Shown: in pieces, positions 36,410 to 49,790 of the stretch
Layout of the letters: the number at the start of each line of letters is the position of its first letter
Numbering within the stretch: the stretch's first letter is position 1
Source: Lama guanicoe
Taxonomy: Eukaryota
Direction: 5' to 3'
Length of the DNA: 64,000 nt
Assembly (NCBI GenBank): GCA_013239625.1
Contig: MU053758.1
Coordinates: 186,001 to 250,000, forward strand
Translations under genes and position numbers: made by a program
Notes under the pieces: generated by a model
Told to the model about the DNA's origin: nothing
Seen by the model: only the letters and a program-made list of their open reading frames with translations
Database searches by the model: none

Positions 36410-39399
36410 ATTGAAATAGGAAACAGACACTCTAAAGGATCATCGAAAACAAAATTTGTTTTATCTTCTTAAAAAAACTAAAATATGTAAACTCATTAGA
36501 GGGAATTGAAAAAAACATAAGGAGGCATAAATCACCAAAGTCAGGAATGTTGCAGGCATCACTTGAACCTTAAGGCTATTAAAGAAGTAATAAGAAAATA
36601 TACGTGAATAATTTTGTGCCACTAAAGTTGAAAATTTAGAGGAAATAAGCAAGTTCTTAGAATGCAACATACAGAAACTGACACAATGAAAAACAGAAAA
36701 TTCTAAACCATTCTATAATGCCAATTTTTCATTTTCACTTTACTCCCTATTGAGCCAACGAATAGGAAGAGACCCCAACTTATCTTGTGAAACAGCATAA
36801 ATATTTCCCCCTAACCTGACAATGATAAAAGAAAGAAAGAAAAATCACAGCTAGTCTCACTCATGAAAATAAATGCCAGAAAAGTCCAGCCTCCAGGGTG
36901 GTGGGCAGTCCCCAGGGTGGCCCTGGAAGATCTCTGCTTCCAAGTAGTCACACCTCTGTGTAGCCCCTTCCATCCTGGCCTGTGTGACCAACAGCACAGA
37001 GCAGAAACCCCTTCCCACATCGGTCTGTGTGGCCAATACGCAAACAGCATTGGTCACTTCTGAGATTGCTAGCAAATACACTGTGGCTGTCTTCTTGGTG
37101 ACACCTTCTCTCTCAGATGACTTGCTCTGGGAAAGCCTACTGCCATGTTGTGAGTGGCGAAGCCATGGAGAGCCATGTGGGGAGGAACTAAAGCCAACAG
37201 GCACATCAGTGAGCTAGGTCAGCCCCAGTCAAGCCTTCCACTCATCACAGTTACTTTTCATTAAATACGTTAATGTTGGGTGGGGTGATGATGCTTATTT
37301 TTAACGACTTTATAAATATATATTTTTAGATTTTCTCAGCGTTAATTTCTAATATGGTAATAGGAATAGATACAACTCACATAAACAAAAGTTCTTTGGG
37401 GTCCTCAATAATTTCTAAGAGTGTAAAGGGTCCTGAAACCAAAAAGATCAAGAATATGTTGGCCTAAGTTCTAAGCAATTGCTGTGGTTGTTAAACTTCC
37501 ATAATAGAGATGAGCCCTGACCAGGATACACAATACAACACAGGGAAGAGAGCCAGCATTTTATGACTATAAATGAAATACAACCTCTAAAACTTGTGAA
37601 TCACTATGTTGTACACCTGAAACTTATCTAGTATTGTACATCAACTCTACCTCAATTTAAAAACAATTTTTAATAATAAAATTTTAAAATAATTATATAG
37701 ATGAGCTTCAAATTAGCACATTTCATTACTTATCCTTTAATAAAAAATCACATTCTAAGTGCAAGTTAATCTGAAAAACTCATGGGCACAGCTGGTTCCC
37801 AGCAAATACCTGGCTTAGGACATAGGTTCCTTTCAAGAGTAAGCTTGCAGCCAGAGGTAAGTTTATAACATCCAGAATTGCTCAAGCTGGCTTAGGGAGC
37901 AGTTTGTGTCTCAAACCCCGTGGGGCACCTAGTCCTCCACTTAAGCAATAGATATGAAATAAACACTAACAGCACAGTGATTTCAAAGATGAAGAAACCA
38001 AGTTTCAGTTACTTCAGTTCTGTCATTAGTGGGACGACTTTTAAGATTTTCATAGGTATTTTAAATTTAAAACAACAGAACAGTGCAAACTGCCAAGTAT
38101 GTTTTGTTTGGTCAGTGTTGAATTTACCACTTATGGATTAATTCATACATAAAATGTTTTATGCACGTTGAATATCTTTTTAAATTATAGTTTATTTTTA
38201 ATTGTCTTCAAATGAAAGAAAAAAAGAAAATAACTTATTACTGACTATTCCATACAATTACTGAAAATAATTGTCCTATTGAAGGGGGGAAACACTAAAA
38301 AATGATCAGCTGATGATGTCAAATACGCTAGAGGCATAACTTCTCCACGAGGTCAGGACAGCTGTATTCTCAGTACCTAGTAAGATGCCTCGCACACAGT
38401 AGGATTATCTAACTTTTGCGGAATGAATATTATTGATAAAATGTCCCACACAATCAAAAAAGCATTGGCTTTATCGTCAATTGGAACTGGTTTCCAACCT
38501 GCTCCTTCCAACGTAGCCCTTGGGCAACCTCCATTCTCCTTTTCCACAACTCTAAGGTGGACATAATTCTTCAAAGAATTGTATGCTGTGAACAGTCAAC
38601 AATCTAGAACTCAGCCTATACATAAGTGCTCCATAGTGGATGAAATGAAATGAATTTACCAACTAGTATTTACTGAGTTAAGTTCATGGGACTATAAAGA
38701 TCATTTTCTGGGTGTGTGAGAGTAAACTAGCCTTATCTTAGAGGACAAAAGTCAGAAAGACCTATTTCAAAATCAGACACTTTTTTATTAAAAAATAAAG
38801 AAAGAAAAGTAAAAGGGCACAGAAAAGTTTAAAAGACGTTTCACCGGAGGAAGAAAAGTTAGTTCCCCAAGATCACAGAGGCCAGCAGCCTTAAGATCTT
38901 AAGAGATACAAACATAGCAACAACATCGATTAAAACCCAGACCTTTTGTTCACAATTCCGGCTGGCTATACGTGAAGGGAGTCAGGTTTGACGAAGACTT
39001 GCCGGGTTTTAATTCGTTGGCACCAGTTCTAAGCCTGGTGCCAGGACTCCTCGTCACTCATTAAGGAATGTGGGGTGAGGGAATGTTGGGGAAGGTGCTG
39101 GAATGGAAGCCTTAGCCAGGGACTTTCGGTGGACGCAAGGGCTGCCTCGCTCCCCTCGCTCCGCCACAACCTCTCCGTACCATGCATTTTTATGCTCAGA
39201 AACCATCATCTCACCAACATGTTTTCGCACTGTCGGAAGAGGTCTTCTTGCTAGTGTTAAATGATAGTTCTAGTTTTAAAAAGTACAAAGAAAGCAAACT
39301 TTGGGGATAAAAAGGCACAAAATGTATTTCTGATCCTTCTTCCTGGTTTATAAAAATTAAATGAGCCTTCCAAGTCTACTTTCGCCCCGGTTAATTATT

Positions 39400-40870
39400 A
39401 TGCTACTCCTTCGAGGCTCTTCAGCGCCCACAGCCACGTAACGGACGCTCACCCTGCCTCGCGAGTGTGATCTGGACCTGGAAACCTGCTCTCCAAAATC
39501 CCTGACGTCAAAGCTCCGGCTGTTTTCTGAAAGCTGTGGAAGGGACAAAGTGGTGACTTCCCGACTACCCAGAGCCCGCGGCCCCCGCGGGGGGGTGGGG
39601 GGACCCACTTCACTGGGGACCTGCATCCGCAGTCCTGGTCACAGCCTGCGGGTGCCAGGCCGCCCTGCCACGCTCGGCACCACCGCGCTCACACTCCAGG
39701 CACGAGAGGCAACCTGCACTTCGAAACTGGAAAACCAGTGTTCGCTGGAGCGCAGCGCTAGGGAACGAGATGGGGCTCTCAATAGTGTCCCCAGGCGCCG
39801 TCTCCTTCCCTCTCCCCACCTACGTGGGGGACCGGTTGGACTTAATTTAGAGATCGGCTGGCGCCCGCCGCTCCCGCACCCGGCCGCTCCCCGATCGCAC
39901 GCCTGGCGGGCCAAGTTTCACTTCTCACTTTTCTCTGCTCACGAGACACTTACCCGCACGATGTCATCCCGAATCCCGCCGCCTTGGACGTTCCGGGCTG
40001 GTGGAGCCGGGCGCAGCCACCCTGCCGATTGCCCAGCTCTGGCACTAACCTAGGCAAATTCTCCAGGATGGAGGAAGCCTCGAGAGCTTGGGTCGGTCCC
40101 CCTCCACGTCACCACCTACCCCCGCCCACCTTCTTGCTTTAGTAGGTGTGCGCCGCGCGGCGCCAATCGGTCCCAGCATCTTTGTCGTCGTTTGGGGATG
40201 ACCGAACCTCCCGGCCGAACGGACCTGCAACTGGCCCACGGCCCTGAGAAGCCGAGAAGGTGACAGTAATGACCACAGCCCCTGCTTATGATACTAGGTA
40301 CCAGCTTGGGGCTCAGTTTTATTTACGCCACTTACTCGTCACAAGAGCCCTAAGAGGTGAGTACTGGGCCCCACTTTTAGGACTGGGAAGCTGAGGCAAA
40401 TGGCGTGATCTGCTAGTAAGCGGAAGATCTGGAATTTGAACCGCGTCTGGGTGACGCGGAAGCCCCCGGCGAAGGGAGCATTTTCTGTCCCTCGGGGGTG
40501 GAGCCCCCAAGCCGGCCAGACTCCACTGCGTCGGTGGTCCGATGGACAGAAGGGGCTTCTCTGCAGAGGACCGCGTGGACTCGCCGTATCACACGACCGC
40601 ATCCGCGCTCCCCTTCTCCAGCCCCGGGCGTCAGCCCCCGGCTGCTGAAGCCCGTCCTGGCTCCGCGCTTTAAACGCGGTGCGCCCAGCTCGAGGGCGGC
40701 AATCCTGCGCCCGCACTTCTCTCCAGATCTTCCAGCTGCCATGTGGGACCTCTTCTTCTCTTCGGTGGGTAAACGGAGTTTCCCTCTCCACCTTACAGAA
40801 CAGCAAAATCCCCGCGCCCACCTCTAGCCTCCCTGCCACCGCGGCCTCTCGCTTTCTGTCGAAACCGTAT
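39400..40870. promoter_or_regulatory. CpG island / B4GALNT2 promoter region
   Basis: High GC and CpG density against a CpG-depleted background. It spans exon 1S and contains a GC box (ccccgccc, ~40119), a CCAAT motif (~40163) and a palindromic CRE TGACGTCA at 39503-39510. Confidence 0.85.
39954..39967 (-). CDS. B4GALNT2: B4GALNT2 short first coding exon (1S), MTSCG
   Basis: Minus strand reads GGG ATG ACA TCG TGC GG|gtaagt, a perfect donor. The phase-2 end matches the acceptor at 21522. It resembles the human short-isoform start MTSGG as recalled, and lies in a CpG island. Confidence 0.88.
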
Positions 40871-43849
40871 CCACTTGTCCACGAGCCTCACCCACTTCCC
40901 AACACCTCACTCTTGGGTTCTCCAAGTTCCGTCTTTGCCTCGCCTCCACCCCGTTCTTCATCCCACACCCCACTGGAACTGTTTTGGCAAAAGACGCGGG
41001 GAGGAAAACTGGAGTGGGTTGAATCCCTCTAAGAGATCTCTACAGCCACTGAATGACTCTGTGTCTGAACGAGTCTGGTGAGTTTCAGATGAAATGAGCC
41101 TTTGCAGGAACCTTTTCATAAGCTAGGTGGGGTGACCAGCAGCTTCCTGTGGTTCATCGCAAAGTATGATTGTATTGCTTTTACTATGACCCAGCTTAAG
41201 TCACAAACATAACATTGTTTTAAACTAGACAAAAGATGGCATTCAGAAAGCTTGCAAAATGACCTATGTTTCTACGTGTACAGCACGCACTAAATTACAC
41301 CTTCCGGTGTTCCAAAAGGGATTTAAGACAGACATATAAAAACAGAATGTAGTGTAAATAAAAGAAAAATGACAATCAATCAAACCAAATAAGGCTGGAA
41401 AGAGAGTAGAAAAAATGCCAGAGGGGTCAACAGTTTTGGTGCAGGTGAGTCCCAAATTCAGCTCTGAGCTTCTCAGCCACCAGAACAGAGAAAACCTGCT
41501 GGAGGGAGCTCTGAAGTAGCTGTTACAGATAACCAGTTTCTAGGAACAGCTCCAAAAGGGATGTTATGCTTTCCTAGACAAGACTAATCAGCAAAGCGTT
41601 GTACTCCTTGCCATGTACATGTAGTAAAAAGACCACATTGCTTACCAATTACCTCCTCAATTCAGCAAAGCTGTGAGCCACTTCACAGATGTGGCCACCC
41701 AGCCTGTGAAAGATTTCATGACTTGTTCAAAGTTCTGCAGCCAGCCGTGAGCTAGGACTTGCACCCAGGAGTTGTGCCTCAAGGCCAATGCTGACTCCAT
41801 TGTACCGCCACCTCCTCCCACCCAGGTCTGTCTAAGCGGGGAGCTCTTCTTGTGACTTGGAAATGGGACAGGGTTAATTCAGACATAACTCCTGCCTCAC
41901 AGAAGTGTTGTGACCTATGATTTCGGTTCCAAAGTAAATTCTCTGTGATTGGAAGAAAGGGAAAGTTAGCTAAGTGAGGCTGGTTAGCCAGGAGCTTGAA
42001 CACCAGTTCTCCACAGCAAAGCCTGGCTCTGGTCCCTGGGTGTTTAGACCTAGAGCCAAGCAGAGTTCGCTGCTGCCCTGAGAGGTAGAAAAGAAATGGC
42101 CCCTCCAGCCTACCTGGAGCCCTGACAGGTGGCCAGGTCTGTGCACATCTTACTCCAGGTGCTGTCTGGGCCAGCCGGAGGGTCACCTCTCCTATGATGA
42201 AGTACTTCAGGCTTTTTCACTGTGGTTGCTTATTATTTCACCCCCGTGACAAGACAGCCACTACTCCATGGCTGTGGGCTGATTTCTGGCCATCGCTTTG
42301 ACAAATCGGTAAGTTCTTCAGTGATTTGAACTTCCTCTGTTCTTGGTTATTCCAGCCACTCCCAGTGCCCAGGGCACCCACCTCTGTCACTAGTGTCACT
42401 GGGCCAAAGACTGAAATCTTTATCTTTGACAGTCAGGCTCTTGTCTACCTGTCCTTTGTGAGAGAAGGTTCCAGTGGCCCACAAGGAATTCAGATGCGCC
42501 CAGAAGATTCTGGTGCCATATCTAAACCTTCTGATGTTCTGGGAAGACTGATTAAGCCAGCTTTGTGTCCTGGTCCAGTGCTCTCAGCCAAAAGGACGGG
42601 TCCTCAGGGAAGAAGTTGAATGATTTCCTTTTTTTCAATTGAAATATAGTTGATGTACAATATTACGTTAGTTTCAGGTGTACTGCTTATTCATTTTATA
42701 TAACTGGAGGTTTCCCCTACACCTCCTTCACCTCCCAAACCCTTTCCTCTGGCAACCACCCATTTGTTCTCTGTATCTGAGTCTGTTTTTGTTTTGTTTT
42801 GTTTTTTAGATTCCACAAATAAGTGGGCTCATATGATATTTGTCTTTGTCTGTCTGACTTCTTTCACTGAAGCATAATACCCTCTAGATCCATCCATGTT
42901 GTTGCAGATGGCAAGATTTTTTTCTGGCTGGGTAATATTCCATTGTGTATATATACCACATCTTTATCCATTTGTCTATGGATGGACACCTAGGAAAGTC
43001 AAGTGATTTCTGACACCCTACCAAGGTGCTCGTGCCTGTTAGCCCCATCTTAGTTCCAGAGGGGTGGGACCATGTCCTATTTATTTTTCTACTCCAGAGC
43101 TTGGCCCACCGGTACAGAGTAGACACTATTTATTGACTGACCAAGTGGATGATTGCCTTGAGTAGTGGAAATGTTTTCTCACCCAGATAGTCACTAGCCC
43201 TTTCTCCTCCCCAAATCCATTCCTTGCTGATGCTCAAAAAAAATGTATGTTGAAAGAAAAATGGAGTTGGAAGCCACCTATTCAGAGGACTGAAGGAGCA
43301 GGGACAAAACACCCTGGTGTTGGTTTGCAAACTGGCCCCTGTACAAAGAGGACTGAAGAAAGAGGTAGCCTGTTCCAGATTGGTAGGTGGCTGTTTTAAT
43401 AAGCAAGGGAACTTAAGAGGCTTGTCTTGATTGCCTGGATCCAGCTTGGGGGTCAACCAGCAGTCGTGTCCTCTTGATTACCTCACCTGGCTTGTCATAA
43501 CCTCAAGGGAAAAGGAAGTGGTATTCTTTGCTCGAAAATAAGAATTAAGCTATAGATGGTGGAGGGTTAGGCCCACAAGGAGGGAAGGTCCTAAACAGAC
43601 TGTGCTAGGACCTCGGTGAGCCTCAAATGTCATTCAAGCTTCCACATGCTATTCCTTCTCCCCCAAAGACTCCTCCAAACCTCCATACTTGTTGTGTCTG
43701 GCTTTTAATGTTCAGTCTCTAGCTCAATGTCACTTCCTCAAAGAGGCCTTTTCCAGACGGGACCAAGTCAAATTCCTCTTTTGGTGTTCTTATAGCACCC
43801 AGTACTTTGTGGTCACCATCACGTTTGGAGTTTGTAATTTATATTAATA

Positions 43850-43878
43850 TGTGCATGCATGTGTGTGTGCATGTGTGT

Positions 43879-43915
<37 letters not shown>

Positions 43916-43921
43916 GTGTGT
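43850..43921 (+). repeat. (TG)n microsatellite
   Basis: Interrupted TG run with a perfect stretch at 43881-43910. Confidence 0.95.
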
Positions 43922-44889
43922 TTCCCACGTTCCCTGAAACAAGGAGCAGTACCCCTTCTGTTTCACTCTCCAGTGTATCCCTAGCATAGAGCATAGGGGC
44001 TGGCTCATAGTTAATATTCAAAACCTATCTGATGGAGAAAGGAATAAATGAATTTTGTTCTACTCACTTGATGCTCAGAACCATCTTGCACCTTCAGTGT
44101 TGCATTTGTCTCATTTTCACATGAGGAAAGTGAAACTCAGAGACGTGTGGGAGGACGCCAAGGGGTTGGAGCCAGGTCTGCTGGATCTAAAGCCCTGCCG
44201 CTCCTCTGCTGCCTGCCTACAGAGGAGGGGCCAGCTTAGTGAGGATGGGAGAGACGCAGAAGACACAGAAAGTGAGGAAGGACCAAGTCTGGAACAGCGA
44301 GGCAAGGACGGAAGTAGACGGTACTGCCCTGCTGGCTTCAGCTTGCCCCTGGGGTCAAGGAGTGTGTCACTGATGAGGACCAAGGCAAACGGGGACACAG
44401 ACTTGAAAGGCTGCAGATTCCTTCTCGGTTGTCTTCTGAACTGTCTTGCTGCCTTCAAGAGGCAGTAGAGTGTGCTAATTAAAAGGTCAACTCCAGAGCC
44501 AGGCTCTGCTCCTGCCCGCTCCCTGCTGTGTGCCCTGGTACCAGTTATTCAACATCTCCGTGCCTCCATGTAGCCTCAGTTGTAAAAATGTAGCTGATAA
44601 TAGCACCCACCTCATGAGGTTCCTTTAAGAATTAAGCACATGTAAAGAGCTTCAAACAGTGCCTGGGAAGTGACACGCCATAGTAAGTGTTGGCAAACAC
44701 GATTTGAAGGGCAGCTTTTGTGCTCTGAAGTCTCTTTGTAATCACCACAAATTAAATGACTTCACAATTTCAATTAGAGTTTAAATTAATATTAAATTTA
44801 AGGAAGTCACGAGTGCAAGCTCCCTATTCAATGACAAGATCTTATTATTTGTGGTGAAATTAATTAAAAAAATTTTTTTTCAGGCCTTC

Positions 44890-45006
44890 GTTTTGGGGTG
44901 GGGGCAGCAATTAGATTTATTGATTTATTTAACGGAGGTACTGGGGATTGAACCTAGGACGTTATGCATGCTAAACATGCACTCTACCACTGAGCTATAC
45001 ACCCCC
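44890..45006 (-). mobile_element. tRNA-derived SINE
   Basis: Reverse complement of the family consensus. Confidence 0.85.
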
Positions 45007-45454
45007 AGCCCTGCCCTGCAAATAAATTCTTGGTTCCAATACATCACTCCCCATACTAGAGTTCTGCGTCAGTTGACTTGCTTGCCATGGCTCTTGCTTT
45101 GGCCAAGGGGATGTTGGCAGAGGCTGAAATATGTTTGCATGAATTGGCTTTTTCTCCTGAGCTCCAGTGATCTGCCGTTAGAAGAACACGGGCCAGGTAA
45201 CTATTGCCCCTTCAGTCTTGATTCCAGAAGAAAACCCAGAAAGGGGATCCAAACGGGTCCCATGGCCCGGAGCCAAGCCTAGCTGACCAGCAGACAATAG
45301 ACCACAATCACCTAGCCAAGCCCAGCTTAGGTCTAATGAACCATAGTTGATCTTTGAACCCACAAGCTTGAGAATAACTGCTTGTAAGCATTGCTAGGAT
45401 GGTTTTTTTTTTATACAGCATTATTGTGACAAAAGTCAGCTAAGATGTATTTCT

Positions 45455-47893
45455 CTTTTTTTTTAACATTTTTTATTGATTTATAATCATTTTACAATGT
45501 TGTGTCAAATTCCAGTGTTCAGCATAATTTTTCAGTCATCCATGGACATATACACACTCATTGTCACATTTTTTTCTCTGTGAGTTATCATAACATTTTG
45601 TGTATATTTCCCTGTGCTATACAGTGTAATCTTGTTTATCTATTCTACAGTTTTGAAATCCCAGTCTATCCCTTCCCACCCTCCACCCCCCTGGCAACCA
45701 CAAGTCTGTATTCTCTGTCTGTGAGTCTATTTCTGTCCTGTATTTATGCTTTGTTTTTGTTTGTTTGTTTGTTTTTGTTTTTGCTTTTTTAGATTCCACG
45801 TACGAGCGATCTCATGGTATTTTTCTTTCTCTTTCTGGCTTACTTCACTTAGAATGACATTCTCCAGGAGCATCCATGTTGCTGCAAATGGCATTATGTT
45901 GTCGGTTTTTATGGCTGAGTAGTATTCCATTGTATAAATATACCACCTCTTCTTTATCCAGTCACCTGTTGATGGACATTTAGGCTGTTTCCATGTTTTG
46001 GCTATTGTAAATAGTGCTGCTATGAACATTGGAGTGCAGGTGTCATCCTGAAGTAGATTTCCTTCTGGATACAAGCCCAGGAGTGGGATTCCTGGGTCAT
46101 ATGGTAAGTCTATTCCTAGTCTTTTGAGGAATCTCCACACTGTTTTCCATAGTGGCTGCAGCAAACTGCATTCTGAAAGGGTTCCCCTTTCTCCACAGCC
46201 TCTCCAGCATTTGTCATTTTTGGATTTTTGAATGACGGCCATTCTGACTGGTGTGAGGTGATACCTCATTGTAGTTTTGATTTGCATTTCTCTGATAATT
46301 AGTGATATTGAACATTTTTTCATGTGCTTTTTGATCATTTGTATGTCTTCCTTGGAGAATTGCTTGTTTAGGTCTTCTGCCCATTTTTGGATTGGGTTGT
46401 TTATTTTATTTTTTTTGAGTCATATGAGCTGCTTATATATTCTGGAGATCAAGCCTTTGTCGGTTTCACTTGCAAAAATTTTCTCCCATTCCGTAGGTTT
46501 TCTTCTTGTTTTACTTCTGGTTTCGTTTCCTGTGCAGAAGCTTGTAAGTTTCATTAGGTCCCATTTGTTTATTCTTGCTTTTATTTCTTCTAGGAGAAAA
46601 TTTTTGAAATGTATGTCAGATAATGTTTTGCCTATGTTTTCCTCTAGGAGGTTTATTGTATCTTGTCTTATGTTTAAGTCTTTAATCCATTTTGAGTTGA
46701 TTTTTGTATATGGTGTAAGGGTGTGTTCTAGCTTCATTGTTTTACATGCTGCTGTCCAGTTTTCCCAACACCATTTGCTGAAGAGACTGTCTTTATTCCA
46801 TTGTATATTCTTGCCTCCTTTGTCGAAGATGAGTTGACCAAAAGTTTGTGGGTTCATTTCTGGGCTCTCTATTCTGTTCCATTGGTCCATATGTCTGTTT
46901 TGGTACCAATACCATGCTGTCTTGATGACTGTAGCTCTATAGTATTGTCTGAAGTCTGGGAGAGTTATTCCTCCAGCCTCTTTCTTTCTCTTCAGTAATG
47001 CTTTGGCAATTCTAGGTCTTTGATGGTTCCATATAAATTTTATTATGATTTGTTCTAGTTCTGTGAAATATGTCCTGGGTAATTTGATAGGGATTGCATT
47101 AAATCTGTAGATTGCCTTGGGCAGTGTGACCATTTTAACAACATTGATTCTTCCAATCCAAGAGCATGGAATATCTTTCCATTTTTTAAAGTCTTCTTTA
47201 ATTTCCTTCATCAATGGTTTATAGTTTTCTGTGTATAATTCTTTCACCTCCTTGGTTAGATTTATTCCCAGATATTTTATTACTTTGGGTGCTATTTTAA
47301 AGGGGATTGTTTCTTTACTTTCTTTTTCTATTGATTCATCGTTAGTGTAAAGAAATGCAACTGATTTTTGAACGTTAATTTTGTAACCTGCTACCTTGCT
47401 GAATTCTTCAATCAGCTCTAGTAACTTTTGTGTGGACCTTTTAGGGTTTTCTATATATAGTACCATGTCGTCAGCATATAGTGACACTTTTACCTCTTCT
47501 TTTCCAATTTAGATCCCTTTTATTTCTTTCTCTTGCCTGATTGCTGTGGCTAGGACTTCCAAGACTATGTTGAATAGGAGTGGTGAGAGTGGGCATCTTT
47601 GTCTTGTCCCAGATTTTAGTGGGAAGCTTTTGAGTTTTTCACCGTTGAGTACTATGCTGGCTGTAGGTTTGTCATGTATAGCTTTTATTATGTCGAGATA
47701 TGTTCCCTCTATACCCACTTTGGCAAGAGTTTTTATCATAAATGGGTGTTGAATTTTATCAAATGCTTTTTCTGCATCGATTGAGATGATCATGTGGTTT
47801 CTGTCTTTTCTCTTGTTGGTGTGATGTATTACATTGATTGATTTGCGTATGTTGAACCACCCTTGTGTCCCTGGGATGAACTTCACTTGGTCA
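45455..47893 (-). mobile_element. Young LINE-1, 5'-truncated (~2.4 kb)
   Basis: Long ORF2 fragments of 355, 203 and 125 aa, a poly(A) tail, and a perfect 17-bp TSD AGCTAAGATGTATTTCT at 45438-45454 and 47894-47910. Confidence 0.96.
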
Positions 47894-48199
47894 AGCTAAG
47901 ATGTATTTCTATCAATAAATCCAGTAAATTTTAATCCTAAGTTTCAAGGGAAACTTTGATTAATATTTAAACTTATTTAAACAATCATATACATCAGTCA
48001 ATGTCAACTTCACAGATGAAAACATGTGGCTCACTCCAAAGGGCTTGACTAGAAGAGTTCAAATAAGGAACTATTTACGGAAGCGTGGGTAGGGTTAAGG
48101 AAACCAAGATGGGCTGGTGGAATTCTTGGGCGATTAGCAGCAGCAGGAAGTGGTTACCACCTTAGGCTGAGGGGCAAGGGGTGGGAAATGGGATATCGT

Positions 48200-48530
48200 C
48201 ATGACCTCCCACTCCAAAGACACCTAGTGGCATTGTCCACCTGTAATCTGACTCCCCTGGGAACACAACCTGGTCACACCTGTCCTGTAGTTAATTCAGA
48301 GGCTCCATGGAGACCCAAATAGCCATATGATGAGTGGGTAAAGTTTGTTTGCGGTTTATTGTGAGCACTTTACAAAGGTGCTTCATTCAACCAGATGGCA
48401 CTGCGTAAGCCTCAGAGTTCCTGTCATATCACAGGGTTGAGCTGGGTGCCTGGTGGCAGTCCCAGGCCTGGGAGCAGGAGAAGCATCAAGCAGAGGTGGT
48501 GAGCTGGAGTGGAGCTTTGCCTTGGTCTGT
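48200..48530 (+). repeat. Diverged direct repeat, copy 1
   Basis: Aligns by eye with 52131-52468. Confidence 0.85.
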
Positions 48531-49329
48531 CAGCTGGTATATTAGCTACACTTCTTGTCTTTGAATCACCTGCAAAAGTCATAAAAATGCAAGTTAATAT
48601 TTATTCTTTCTTATCCTAATTCTGTGTATTGATGGAAGAAGGTGGAGACTTTCAGAGTCTCTCTGGATTATAGGGACAGGGTGGGGCAGCAGGAGAGAGT
48701 AGAAACTGACCCAGAGAGGTGATGGGACCTTCTCAAGGATGGACAGAGCAGGGCATGGCCGGAGCTTCAGTCAGAATTGGATCTCTTGCATCTTGGCTTG
48801 GGTTCTGTCACCTCCACTCTGCTGATGTTGATAGCCCCAACCAGCCACAGTGGAGTCTAATAAATGCCTCTTTATCCTTTATTCCATGGCTGGTGTGTCA
48901 CCTATAGATGTGAATCTGAGACTCGACAAACTCCAAGGTCATATCCAGATTAAGACTGTGTTTTTTTTCAGCTTCAGTTAACCTCTGGCTAAAATGGCTT
49001 AAGCCACAAGGCCATTGGTCACCGCTCTGCCAGAAACCAGGAGATCCTGCTCCTCAGAAGTTTTGATGACTCCCCAGGGTCACTGAGGACCCAAGCTCAC
49101 GCTTCTGCACTGTCCTTGGGTGTGTTCTCTTTGTGGTGGAAAGACTAAGGCCGCTCCTCTGGTTGGGAGAGTGGAGCAGGTGCTCCTCCCCTTATGTGAC
49201 TCTCTTACCTGAGGCCCGACCCCAGCCTCAGGCCAAGCCATATAGAAAAGTCTGGTGCAGAGAGAGAAGCACTGTTGGAATCCTGGATGTTTCCAATCCC
49301 TTTCCTAAGAGTGGATATTCCAAGCTAGC

Positions 49330-49790
49330 ATTCTGTGTTAGATTTCTGCAGAGAAACAGAACCCAAAGACCACTAGGATATCCACATGTCTATATCTGTC
49401 TATAAATAGATAGATAGATTTATTATACAGAATTGGCTTATGTGATTATGGAGGCTGAGAAGTCCCAAAACCTGCAATCAACAAGCTGGAGACCCAGGCG
49501 AGCAGTTTGAGCCCGTGTCTGAAGACCCTAGAAGAATGATGTCCCAGCGTGGGGACGGTCAGAGAGAGGAAATTCTCTCTCACTTAGCCTTTTTGTTTTA
49601 GTCTGGCCTTCAACAGATCAGATGAGGCCCACCAACACTGGGGAGGGCAATCTGTTTTTCTCAGCCTGCTGATTCAGATGTTAATCTTATACAGAAATAA
49701 CCACACAGACACACATAGAATAAATGTTTAACCAAATATCTGGGTACCCAATGGCCCTGTCAAATTGACACAAAAAAATCAACCAGCACA
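49330..49790. mobile_element. MLT2-like ERVL LTR
   Basis: Motifs gaattggcttatgtgattatggaggctgagaagtcc and atgaggcccaccaacactggggagggcaatctg, recognised from recall. Confidence 0.65.

Larger units (their letters stand above)
34140..36880 (+). mobile_element. Ancient L1 ORF1/ORF2 remnant that hosts the U6-L1 chimera
   Basis: Degenerate endonuclease-like motifs (e.g. 35547-35789) in A-rich sequence. Confidence 0.65.

Noticed and set aside
39550..41032. Overlapping 100-167 aa ORFs in the CpG island
   Set aside because: Expected from stop-codon scarcity in GC-rich DNA; none resembles a known protein.
46420..47487. 355-aa ORF and other long ORFs at 12-16 kb, 30-33 kb and 45-48 kb as host genes or a novel RT system
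   Set aside because: They are LINE-1 ORF2 fragments or their antisense frames, inside truncated elements with poly(A) tails.
48325..48440. Box C/D snoRNA or miRNA in the duplicated block (RTGATGA in both copies, short hairpin)
   Set aside because: There is no suitably placed CTGA box D or terminal stem, and the hairpin is far too short for a pre-miRNA.
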